This document shows, piece by piece, positions 1 through 12,058 of a stretch of DNA of 64,000 bases; within the stretch, counting starts at the first letter, position 1, and each line of letters opens with the position of its first letter. This stretch comes from Lytechinus pictus (lineage: Eukaryota). The position numbers and the translations under genes were made by a program. Location: NCBI RefSeq assembly GCF_037042905.1, contig NC_087250.1, forward strand, positions 6,202,001-6,266,000. The letters run 5' to 3'. A model generated the notes under the pieces. That model made no database searches. It was not told the DNA's origin and saw only the letters and a list, made by a program, of their open reading frames with translations.

Positions 1-828
1 CCTACACATGGGTTTCATCAGCTTGTTCATTATTTAAGCTATGCTTAAATAATCCAGTTTAATATCAGAATATTATTTTTTTTCAGTTTTATGTAATCAG
101 GATGGCCTCATCAGTTAACAAACTGCTGTCCCTTGAGTGCCCTGAGATAAAAAGCAATATGTATAATATTTACAAATAATGAATACATAAATCAAAATGG
201 CATACACTAAAACAAATATATAAGAAACATTAAAAATACAATCCAATAAAAGATCAACTTTAAATTTCAAGAAAAAGACAAAGGAAAAAGAAAAGGCTAT
301 TAGAAACTGCTGCATACGATTTAACGGTAAAAGGATGGATTACTGATGACAGAGTAACGTTCATTTGATTGGTAATAATTTGAGTAGCGATTAAAATGTT
401 TGCCAAATTAGAATATGAATCAATAACACAATGTGACTCCTCTTGCTTTGCAAGGCCTATCAATGTTTCATTTGTTAAATGGGGGCACGGAATGAATTGG
501 GGGGCGTTAATCTTTCCTAAGATTATTCCATTCTGTGGTCCCGATGTACTGAAAAGTCCTCTTGCCACTCTTATTATGTAGAGGAGCACTGTTTACCTGA
601 AGGGAGGCAGTGGACATGGATCTAATTCTTATATCATAATTAGGTTTAATAAACCGTTCACTTAAATATGGGGAGAAATACAATTAAGACATTTAAATAC
701 TTCACACATTCGGTGGTAATGCCGTCTGGAAAAGAGATGTTTCCATTTTAGAACGGAAAATAAATCACAAATGTGAGTTCGCGGATGGGCCCCTAAGATA
801 TTTCCATTTTGGAACGGAAAATCACTGA

Positions 829-1278
829 TACCGTGTTTACACTTAATCGGCATTTGAATCGGCTCGCGGTTCTGAACCGCGAGCCGATTCAGCATCGGCT
901 TTTTCATAGCGTGTAAACGCGAGCAACTTGAATCGGCTCGCGGTTCAGAACCGGCAATTTGCACCACCAAAGTAGTAGGTTCTGAACCGCGAGCCGATGC
1001 AGAATCGGCTTTTTACTACGTGTAAACAGAAAGCCGATTCTGCACCGGCAATTTGTGCGCATTTCAATTACTTTACCATTGTGACGTAATTGTAAGCGCA
1101 CTGATCCAGCGTCGTCTTTATTGTGACGTATATTGTAGGTATGCGTACCATTTCAGGTTTTTGCATCGGCTCGCGGTTCTGAACCGCGAGCTGTAACAAC
1201 GTGTAAACGCAATCCAAATGCCGATTCTGCATCGGCATTTGGTTCAGAACCAATTGCCGATTAAGTGTAAACGCGGTA
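829..1278. mobile_element. Palindromic MITE (non-autonomous DNA transposon, possibly Harbinger-type)
   Basis: TIR taccgtgtttacacttaatcggca (829-852) vs tgccgattaagtgtaaacgcggta (1255-1278). Internal repeated hairpin atcggctcgcggttc-t-gaaccgcgagccgat. Flanks are tga/taa (or TA). Confidence 0.8.
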
Positions 1279-1407
1279 TAAATCGGTTTGCGCGCGCGCG
1301 TGTGCGTGTTTGTGTGTGTGGCAGGGGGGGGGGGGTGGGTGGGTGGGGTGGGTGCATGTAGTGGAGGTGTCGTGGAGGTGTCGTGGCCGAGTGCTCTAAG
1401 GCACCTG

Positions 1408-4400
1408 GGCCCGTATTCCATAAACGAGATAAGCTTTTTGCTTAAGTCTTAGCAATTTGTCTTAGCATTTTGCTTGTCTAAGAAATCTTCCCTAACGATA
1501 TTCTATAAACTTTAAGACATTTGTCTCAAGTCAGACGATATGGCTAAGCCAAAGTCTCAAAGTCAAATTCTATGACCTTCTAAACTGCTACAGGGGTGAC
1601 TGCAACAAAATAGCAAAAATGTCATTGAAGTTGTTTTTTCTTAACAAGTTTGATTTTATTGAAACTAATTACAACTATTGTAGTAAAAGAAGAGCATTCA
1701 TCACCCATATATGGTAAGAATTCTTTATTCAGATTATTCTATATTTTGTTAATTACCAAAACATTTCAATCCCAAACCGAGTGACTTGCACAGTTTTTTA
1801 TGTATCAGTCCCATTCATTACTTTTCATGTATTGTTTGTCAAAATCTAAATGGAATAGGGTAGATTCCTCTCGACATCTTTATTCTACTTCAGTTGAAGT
1901 AGACCTAGGGTCTAAGGGAAAACATTTGTAACTTTTGAGACTAGTCTTGGGTCTAACATTAGGCCTAGATCTAGCCTAGGCCCAAGATCTACAACTAATA
2001 TCCGTCTGTTTGGAGGAGAATTGAACATTGTTTTTACTTTTTACTTTCCTGAAGGCTGAAGCAAAACGTAACTTTGTTAGTCTAGTGCCGTAGTGGAGCA
2101 ACTGAGACTGAAGCTACATATAGGCCTAGATCTAACGATAGACCTATATTAGTATTGGTCTAGGCCTAGAACATGCAGGACTTAGCCTGGCTTAGCCTTA
2201 AGACAGGGATAGATCTATCTAGATCTACATGTAGGTCTAGAATAGATCTGACTTAGGCCTAGACCAAAAGCTTCAGTCTCCGACTGTATTTTGGTTGTTC
2301 CGCTATTTTAGTATTACGAGTACGACACTAAACAGTCTAACGTTAAGTTGACCTAGTCTCACCAATGTGATATGACAGTAAATGTCAGAAACTTTTAAAT
2401 AAATCCCCAGAAACGACGGTTATTCCTGTCAACAGTGCTAGATATATCGCTATGCATTGCTTGCCAACTATGCCTAAAGTTAGATCTAGTCCTAGTAGTA
2501 GTCTAGACATCTATCTAGATCTACTCCTGCTTTAGGTCCATCTGTTTGTTTGGAGTTTTTATTTTATACATTTTGAGGACTTGTTTAGATCTAGGTTTCC
2601 AGGACTAGAAAACAGGCCTAAACCTAGACCAACACTGGCAACAGCTCAGTCTAGACTAGGGCCTAGATTTATATAGAATTTAGATCTAGGGCCTAGGCGG
2701 CCTAGCCTGTGCTTTCTTCTATTCATTCTAGATTTTATTTCTAGCCTATCCGGTAGCCCTAACGTTAGGACTTGCTGATCTAGTCTACTGTTTGATCTAG
2801 AAATCTCTAACCTAGGCCTAGATCTAGACTAAATGACTTACTCACTTAGACTAAAAGTTAGACCCTATCTAGATCTAGAACTATACCAATCTAGGTGTAC
2901 ATAGGGTCATAGTAATAGGTCTAGATCTAGAGACTTGTAGACTCTATCTCAATGTAGATTCTAGATCTAAAAATAGTAAATGTAGGCTAGATCTAGTCTA
3001 GTTCTACTCATCTAACGTTAGGCCTGAGAAAGGAAGTAGGCTAGGGATCTAGCATTGGATTATTTCTAGGACTAAAGAATCTTGATCTAGGCTTAGATCT
3101 AAACTAGGGGCTGTAGTTCGAAATCTTGAGGTCTAGCCCCCCCCCCCCAAAAAAAAAAAAAAAAAAAAAAAAAAACTAGAACTAAGCCCTCAGCTACATG
3201 TAGTTCTCTATGTAGCCAAACAAAAGTTAGCATTGACCATTGTCTTAATCTTTTTTGGCGTATACATGTAGTTATCATACAAACACATATTTTGATGAAT
3301 GAGAAAATGTGTCTTGCAGATTATTTTAGCTCAAAACCTACATTTCATGGACATATAGGCCAATGTCATAAAATGAAGAAGTAGTTCAATACACATCATG
3401 CTGTTTACACATTTATTGATCTGATATGCTGTTACCATGGCAACACATTTTCAAATATATGTCTTGCAGATCTACACCTCAAAATCAATGTGTGAGCCAA
3501 CTTTTCTAAGAATTGGTAAAACTAATAAAGGGATTCAAACCACAAGATTTTCACCTAATTTCTTTATAAATATAATATGTTGTTACCATAGCAACACGAA
3601 TTCTGATACAGGCAAAAGTATATCTTAGACATCTTCAACTCAGGACTATTGTGTTCGCCAACATTTTAGGAGAATTGACCAGTTGAAAACTGATAAAGTA
3701 ATTCAAATTACAAGATTTTCATCTAGTTTTTGTTATTTTATTTGTTGCCATGGCAACGCAATTTTTTATAAAGGCATAAAATATACTTTGCACATCTTCG
3801 CATCAAGACTAACGTTTGTGCCACATTTCATGAGAATTGATTAAAAACTGAAGAAGTCGTTGGAACTGCAAGATTTTTACATAATTTTTGCCCTAATATA
3901 CCGTTACCATGGCAACACAATTTCCGACACATGCGAAAATGTGTCTTGCACATCTTTACCTCAAGACTTATGTCTGTGGCAAACATCATGAGAAGTGGTT
4001 GAAATATTGTAAACTTGTTAAAACCACAAATTTTTCACCTAATTTTCGTTATTTAATAAGTTGTTACCATGGCAACGTAATTTTTGTATATAGGCATAAA
4101 ATATGTTTTGCACATCTTCACATCAAGACTAATGTTTGTGCCACATTTCATGAGAATTGGTTAAAAACTGAGGAAGTAGTTGGAATAGCAAGATTTATAC
4201 ATAATTTTTGCCATAATATACTGTTACCATGGCAACACAATTTCCGACACATGCAAAATTGTGTCTTGCACATCTTTTCCTCAAATCCAATGTGTGAGCC
4301 AACTTTCATGAGAATTGGTAGAAAACCGATGAAGTAATTTAAATTTTAAATTTTGGCCATAATATACTGTTACCATGGCAACACAATTTCTGAAAAAGCA

Positions 4401-4843
4401 AAAAAAAAATTTTTACACCTCCTTACCTTAAGACCAATGTGTGTTCCAAATTTCATTAAAATCGGTTAAAAACTGAGGAAGTAGCTCGAAATGCAATATA
4501 GGTATAAATTCTTTAAAAAAATTGGCCATGATTTGTTGGATTTAAACGTTGTCTTAAAGCAATTAAGACAACTCACAACTGTCTTAAAGTTAGGGCAAAA
4601 TTCTTAGCCATGTAGAATTTATGAAATACAGACTCTGCATATTTAAGAAAAGTTACTTAGCCATTCATCCTAAATCTGTCTTAGTCGCGCAAAAATTCTT
4701 AGCCAAATTCTTAGACAAAATTCTTAGCCAATTCTTTATGGAATACGCGTTTTGGCTAAGAATTTTGTCTTAGACAGAAAACTAAGACAAAATGCTTAGA
4801 TTTTTGACTTAAGCATGCTTATCTCGTTTATGGAATACGGGCC
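1408..4843 (+). mobile_element. Non-autonomous PIF/Harbinger-type DNA transposon, complete copy (3.4 kb)
   Basis: TIR GGCCCGTATTCCATAAACGAGATAAGC at 1408, reverse complement ending at 4843. Flanked by CTG (1405-1407) and CAG (4844-4846), i.e. CWG targets. No transposase ORF. Confidence 0.8.
3340..4500 (+). repeat. ~150-160-bp tandem repeat array inside the transposon, each unit with GTTRCCATRGCAAC
   Basis: Motif at 3431, 3582, 3744, 3903, 4063, 4223 and 4369. Mirror array in the second arm (~5110-6470) has 8 units. Confidence 0.85.
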
Positions 4844-4846
4844 CAG

Positions 4847-7800
4847 TAAGACAAAATTCTTAGCCAAAACGCGTATTCCATAAAGAATTGGCTAAGAATT
4901 TTGTCTAAGAATTTGGCTAAGAATTTTTGCGCGACTAAGACAGATTTAGGATGAATGGCTAAGTAACTTTTCTTAAATATGCAGAGTCTGTATTTCATAA
5001 ATTCTACATGGCTAAGAATTTTGCCCTAACTTTAAGACAGTTGTGAGTTGTCTTAATTGCTTTAAGACAACGTTTAAATCCAACAAATCATGGCCAATTT
5101 TTTTTTTTGAATTTATACCTATATTGCATTTCGAGCTACTTCCTCAGTTTTTAACCAATTTTCATGAAATTTGGAACACACATTGGTCTTAAGTTAAGGA
5201 GGTGTAAGATTTTTTTTTTTGCTTTTTCAGAAATTGTGTTGCCATGGTAACAGTATATTATGGCCAAAATTTAAAATTTAAATTACTTCATCGGTTTTCT
5301 ACCAATTCTCATGAAAGTTGGCTCACACATTGGATTTGAAGAAAAGATGTGCAAGACACAATTTTGCATGTGTCGGAAATTGTGTTGCCATGGTAACAGT
5401 ATATTATGGCAAAAATTATGTATAAATATTGCTATTCCAACTACTTCCTCAGTTTTTAACCAATTCTCATGAAATGTGGCACAAACATTAGTCTTGATGT
5501 GAAGATGTGCAAAACATATTTTATGCCTTTATACAAAAATTGCGTTGCCATGGTAACAACATATTAAATAACGAAAATTAGGTGAAAAATTTGTGGTTTT
5601 AACAAGTTTACAATATTTCAACCACTTCTCATGATGTTTGCCACAGACATAAGTCTTGAGGTAAAGATGTGCAAGACACATTTTCGCATGTGTCGGAAAT
5701 TGTGTTGCCATGGTAACGGTATATTAGGGCAAAAATTATGTAAAAATCTTGCAGTTCCAACGACTTCTTCAGTTTTTAATCAATTCTCATGAAATGTGGC
5801 ACAAACGTTAGTCTTGATGTGAAGATGTGCAAAGTATATTTTATGCCTTTAAAAAAAATTGCGTTGCCATGGAAACAAATAAAATAACAAAAATTAGATG
5901 AAAATCTTGTGATTTGAATTACTTTATCAGTTTTCAACTGGTCAATTCTCCTAAAATGTTGGCGCACACAATAGTCTTGAGTTGAAGATGTCTAAGATAT
6001 ACTTTTGCCTGTATCAGAATTCGTGTTGCTATGGTAACATATTATATAACGAAAATAAGGTGAAAATCTTGTAGTTCGAACTCCTTCATCTTTTTTCAAC
6101 CAATGCTCATGAAATTTGGCACACACAATAGTCTTGAGTTGTAGATGTGCAAGACTATTTTTGTCTGTATCAGAAATCGTGTTGCCAAGGTAACAACATA
6201 TTATATAAAGAAATTAGGTGAAAATCTTGTGGTTTGAATCCCTTTATTAGTTTTACCAATTCTTATTAAAGTTGGCTCACACATTGATTTTGAGGTGTAG
6301 ATCTGCAAGACATATATTGGAAAATGTGTTGCCATGGTAACAGCATATCAGATCAATAAATGTGTAAACAGCATGATGTGTATTGAACTACTTCTTTATT
6401 TTATGACATTGGCCTATATGTCCATGAAATGTAGGTGTTGAGCTAAAATAATCTGCAAGACACATTTTCTCATTTATCAAAATATGTGTTTGTATGATAA
6501 CTACATGTATACGCCAAAAAAAGATTAAGACAATGGTCAATGCTAACTTTTGTTTGGCTACATAGAGAACTACATGTAGCTGAGGGCTTAGTTCTAGTTT
6601 TTTTTTATTATTTTTTTTGGGGGGGGGGGCTAGACCTCAAAATTTCGAACTACAGCCCCTAGTTTAAATCTAAGCCTAGATCAAGATCCTTTAGTCCTAG
6701 AAAAAATCCAATGCTAGATCCCTAGCCTACTTCCTTTCTCAGGCCTAACGTTAGATGATCCGGAGTAGAACTAGACTAGATCTAGCCTACATTTACTATT
6801 TTTAGATCTAGAATCTACATTGAGATAGAGTCTACACATCTCTAGATCTAGACCTATTACTATGACCCTATGTACACCTAGAGGCTAGATTGGTATAGTT
6901 CTAGATCTAGATAGGGTCTAACTTTTAGTATAAGTGAGTAAGTCATTTAGTCTAGATCTAGGCCTAGGTTAGAGATTTCTAGATCAAACAGTAGACTAGA
7001 TCAGCCAGTCCTAACGTTAGGGCTACCGGATAGGCTAGAAATAGAATCTAGAATGAATAGAAGAAAGCACAGGCTAGGCCGCCTAGGCCCTAGATCTAAA
7101 TTCTTATATAAATCTAGGCCCTAGTCTAGACTGAGCTGTTGCCAGTGTTGGTCTAGGTTTAGGCCTGTTTTCTAGTCCTGGAAACCTAGATCTAAACAAG
7201 TCCTCAAAATGTATAAAATAAAAACTTCAAACAAACAGATGGACCTAAAGCAGGAGTAGATCTAGATAGATGTCTAGACTACTACTAGGACTAGATCTAA
7301 CTTTAGGCATACTTGGCAAGCATTGCATAGCGATAGATCTAGCACTGTTGACAGGAATAACCGTCGTTTCTGGGGATTTATTTAAAATTTTCTGACATTT
7401 ACTGTCATACCACATTGGTGAGACTAGGCCAACGTAACGTTAGACTGTTTAGTGTTGTACTCGTAATAGCGGAACAACCAAAATACAGTCGGAGACTGAA
7501 GCTTTTTGTCTAAGTCAGATCTATTCTAGATCTAGATAGATCTATCCCTGTCTTAAGGCTAAGCCAGGCTAAGTCCTGCATGTTCTAGGCCTAGACCAAT
7601 ACTAATATAGGTCTATCGTTAGATCTAGGCCTATGTAGCTTCAGTCTCAGTTGCTCCACTACTACGCCTACGGCACTAGACTAACAAAGTTACGTTTTGC
7701 TTCAGCCTTCAGGAAAGTAAAAAGTAAAAACAATGTTCAATTCTCCTCCAAACAGACGGATATTTATTATTAGTTGAAGATCTTGGGCCTAGGCTAGATC

Positions 7801-8354
7801 TAGGCCTAATGTTAGACTCAAGACTAGTCTCAAAAGTTACAAATGTTTTCCCTTAGACCCTAGGTCTACTTCAACTGAAGTAGAATAAAGATGTCGAGAG
7901 GAATCTATTCCATTTAGATTTTGACAAACAATACATGAAAAGTAATGAATGGGACTGATACATAAAAAACTGTGCAAGTCACTCGGTTTGGGATTGAAAT
8001 GTTTTGGTAATTAACAAAATATAGATAATCTTAATAAAAAATTCTTACCATATATGGGTGATGAATGCTCTTCTTTTACTACAATAGTTGTAATTAGTTT
8101 CAATAAAATCAAACTTGTTAAGAAAAAACAACTTCAATGACATTTTTGCTATTTTGTTGCAGTCACCCCTGCAGCAGTTTAGAAGGTCATAGAATTTGAC
8201 TTTGAGACTTTGGCTTAGCCATATCGTCTGACTTGAGACAAATGTCTTAAAGTTTATAGAATATCGTTAGGGAAGATTTCTTAGACAAGCAAAATGCTAA
8301 GACAAATTGCTAAGACTTAAGCAAAAAGCTTTTCTCGTTTATGGAATACGGGCC
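4847..8354 (-). mobile_element. Second, inverted copy of the same Harbinger-type element lacking its last ~71 bp
   Basis: 4847-8354 is the reverse complement of 1408-4772, with scattered substitutions, short indels and one extra ~156-bp repeat unit. Ends in TIR ...ggaatacgggcc followed by CTG (8355-8357). Confidence 0.85.
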
Positions 8355-10464
8355 CTGGCTATACATGGAAATTCCGGGGTTCGATCCCGGCCGCGGCACC
8401 TATGCCCGTGAGCAAGGCATTTAGTCTACAACGCTCTTTTATCCCGCTATCAAATAAATGGAAATGCTATATGCTTTATTGGTAAAAAAAAAAAAAAAAG
8501 TGTATGGGGGGGTGTGCGTGTGTGTGTGTGTGTGTGTGTGTAGGGTTGACTTAGATGGGTTGACTTCATGTTAGGTAGGGGTATCTTTGTAAGAGGTGTT
8601 TTTTTTTTCACTTAAAAGAAATACGTTTTACTTACTTATTTTTAAGATCATTTTCATATCATGGAATCTTTATACAAGAAAATAATAAACCAACTCTCAC
8701 TCCGAAGGGCTTACGCTCATGAAATCATCATTATTAAATCATTAAAAGTACAAATAAAAGTGACTACATATTTTCTTTTTTCGGGTGTTAATTATCGTTG
8801 CACTCGGTTAGGAGAATTCGGTTACAGGACCTTGCTTCCTGAATCATCAAGAGATTTTGAGATCTCAGAAGACAGGATTACCTTCTCAACACGCCATCTT
8901 CAACACTTCGCTTTGTCTTCAAACAATATCCATGGAGTTCAATTCACTTGTGAGGTATCGCAACCTCTTTTCATGAGCAACTCCCAACAACCCACCATAC
9001 GAGTCCGCATAGCACATCCTTACAACAGAGACAATGTGGTATGTACATGCAGGTCTTATAACATGATCAATTGTGTTATTTATTGCATAAGGAACACAAA
9101 TTGTATTCATGCTTATATGAATCAATATTGGTTAGGTCCTTACTGATTTGGGGTTACAGGCTTGTTAATAAATGCTTGGTGTGTGAGCAACAAGATTTGC
9201 AAAGTAAGCATTCCATGTCTTGTCCATATAGGCTGGATTTTTGTCGTTATCATAATTCTGTTTAACTACATCTGGAATTTAATATGCTTTAGTATTGAGT
9301 CGTATGATACAAGAGCAAGGCTCTTTGACTTCCTTTGTGCTTTGTATTTCGATGTATAGTAACAATAATTTCAAATCTATTATCATATAACGATTGTTTT
9401 TTTAGAAGTTAGGAGAAAGAAACGAAAGTAGCTCAGAGCCATTCTATCACGTGACTACAGTGATCAAATTCAATCTGAAATCATCTGAAGATGGCATCAA
9501 GCTTTCCTGTCTATCCGACCGAGAAAAGACTCAAGAGACTGTAAGCCTCTAAAACAGATAAATTGTTCGTGATTTGTTTTTTCTGTTTTTAAATTTTCGT
9601 CAGAAATCGAAAGTCTGTTTTAATTTACTTGTATAAGGCAAATTTACCTGAATTTGTTCCTGTTCAAGATTTGACAAGAAAACACAATGACAAAGCTACA
9701 TCGAGATAAAACAAATCTGAAAAAAGAGTGCCAACGATCATTGTACTTTTCAAAATTTCATTAATTCAAGATCTCGAGACAAATTGCTGCACTAATTCCA
9801 AATTCCCACCCTGACATTTCGTATGAAAATAAAATGTAATTCAATTCATATTAAGACATTTTTTAAAAAGAAAAAAATCACGGTCTTTGGATAACAAGTG
9901 ACAGTATATAACAGGGGCAATTGCTTAAGGAGATTGGCACCGCTAGCCGTTGCAAAAAAAATGTTTACCTCGCACTGAAATGGTCAAGCTTCTGTTTGTA
10001 AATATACATAATCATAACATATTGATTAGGATTAAAACTAAATGGTAACGTTGCAAAAAAATTGTAATAAATTACATCACTTATTCATGATTTCATACTT
10101 GAGATTATGATGTCATTGTCATTTTTTTTGTCTTAAGGTTGATGTTCGCTGTCTTCTGTCTGGGGGTAATAGTACTACAGATTTTTGACTACCGCCCTCT
10201 GCCGATCAGAAGAGTATTTGTGTTTGCATCGAGCAAGGTTTATTTAATTTGGCAGAACAGCAAGTACACATTTGTAGATAAGGTATATATGGATGCATCA
10301 TCATTTGAAATAGAGAGGGATCATAATGTGGTCTGTCTCTGACAGATCACCCCTTAATTTCGTCAGATTGTTCTTTATTACTTTTTTAGCTCCAATGTTT
10401 GTCGCCAAGTTTACTCAAAATCTGGCAAAAATATTGGCAGCAATATTTATCCATTATATCAAAA

Positions 10465-10827
10465 CCTATCTATCTTTCTGTCCGTCTATCTAATAATCTA
10501 TATTTTTTCTAACTATCTCTATGGCTATCTTATATATATCTCTTTAAATACGTCTATCTATTTACCTTTCGATCTAATATCTATTTTTATCTCTTTAATA
10601 ATTGTGTATGTTTATCGACATAAATCTATCTTTCTCTCTATGTTCTATCAATCTATCCACCTATTTTTCATCTATCCACCCATCCATTTTCATGTATCTA
10701 TCTATCCATCTATTTATTTATCTAACTATCTTATATCTATCTGTTTAAATATGTTTATCTTTCTATCTATCTTTTGTATATGTATCTGTGTATAATATAT
10801 CTATCTATTTATCTATCTATCTATATC

Positions 10828-10890
<63 letters not shown>

Positions 10891-11060
10891 GTCTGTCTAT
10901 TTATAATATATATGTCTGTCTTCTATTAACTTACCAACCTATCATTTATCCATCCATCCATCCGTCTATCTAATTATCTGTCTTACATGTATATGTTGAA
11001 ATATGTATGTCTATCTGTCTGACTGTCTATTCATCTTCAAATGCCCGTTTCTCTATCTAC
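10465..11060. repeat. (TCTA)n/(TCCA)n microsatellite-rich tract
   Basis: Pure (ctat)n at ~10830-10890 with degenerate flanks. Confidence 0.95.
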
Positions 11061-11752
11061 GACAGACCACTTTATTCGTCCGCATGACGAATTAAAATCT
11101 AGTTCAAAATATCTTTTTTTACCGTCCCAACTAGAAAAATATTTTAATCATGTGCCCAAGTGAAAGTATATGATTAGTATAAATAATCACTGTTTGGAAG
11201 TTTTATTGTATGACATATTAGGCGGATTTACCTGATTTAATTCCTGACGAGAATTTCATAATAAAAACACATATAATGGCTGCATCATGATAAAAATAGA
11301 CTTATATAATTTTATGAAATCTGAAATAATATTTGAAATGTATTACCTAAAAACAAAGAGTGAAAACAATTTGAAATCATTTACAAGGCATGTGGGGTTA
11401 TCAACTTTTCTTTATTTTTATTCTGAACAGTGGAACCTGATTACGAACAAGCTCACATGTAAGAGACGTTGATCTTTCCAACCAATCAGAATAAAACGTG
11501 ATCACATTACTTACAAAATCCTAAAAAAAGACAAAGTCAATATGTGTTGATAAAACGAACTACATGGAACATTCTTGTCTTTGGAAACAAAAAGTTTGAC
11601 AACTGATTGACATAAGATGACACTGTAAACACATCTCATGAAGTTGGACATTTGTAGTGATTCATAAACTGGATAAATTTTTGTTTCCAACATATTTTAT
11701 GACTTGTTTGCGAATTTGATATATAAATGGAAGATATCTTGAGTAATATTGT

Positions 11753-12058
11753 GGAGCGTAATTGTGGCCCAGTGGATTAGGCTCCGGACTTTGAAACAGA
11801 GGGTCGTTGGTTCGAATCCCAGCCATTGCGTAATTTCCTTCGGCAAGAAATGTATCCACATTGTGCTGCACTCGACCCAGGTGAGGTGAATGGGTACCCG
11901 GTAGAATTTATTTCTTGAATGCTTTAGCGCCTATATGGCGGCTCAGCTACAGCCGAGGTAATAATATATCACGTATATTTTCTGCGCCTTGAGCACATAA
12001 TCAAATTGTAATCAAATTTTGAAATTTAAGAAATACTCTATATCATTATTATTATTAC
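11753..12058 (+). mobile_element. tRNA-derived SINE
   Basis: A box tggcccagtgg and B box ggttcgaatccc, central gctgcactcgacccaggtgaggtgaatgggtacc core, (ATT)n tail. Confidence 0.85.

Larger units (their letters stand above)
1374..8499 (+). mobile_element. tRNA-derived SINE split in two (1374-1407 and 8355-~8499) by a DNA transposon insertion
   Basis: Removing 1408-8354 and one CTG rejoins ggaggtgtcgtggccgagtgctctaaggcacctggctatacatggaaattccggggttcgatcccggccgcggcacc. This has a Pol III A box (1384-1394), B box (8378-8388), a short body and an A tail (~8483-8499). Confidence 0.85.

Noticed and set aside
78..116. Second hammerhead (minus strand CTGATGAGGCC...CTGAAA)
   Set aside because: Stem II cannot pair and there is no stem III or cleavage triplet.
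396..581. Possible upstream ZU5 exon (IIPFCGPDVLKSP)
   Set aside because: Only a CGP tripeptide resemblance, with no convincing splice sites or other ZU5 motifs.
3437..5967. ORFs MATQFPTHAKMCL... on both strands
   Set aside because: They arise from the CCATGG in the tandem repeat and its mirror copy; frames are not conserved between units.
1374..8400. Split or intron-containing tRNA gene
   Set aside because: The rejoined sequence has A and B boxes but continues into a SINE-like body and A tail, and no convincing cloverleaf could be drawn; called a SINE.
11753..11830. tRNA gene
   Set aside because: The tRNA-like head is followed by a SINE core and (ATT)n tail.
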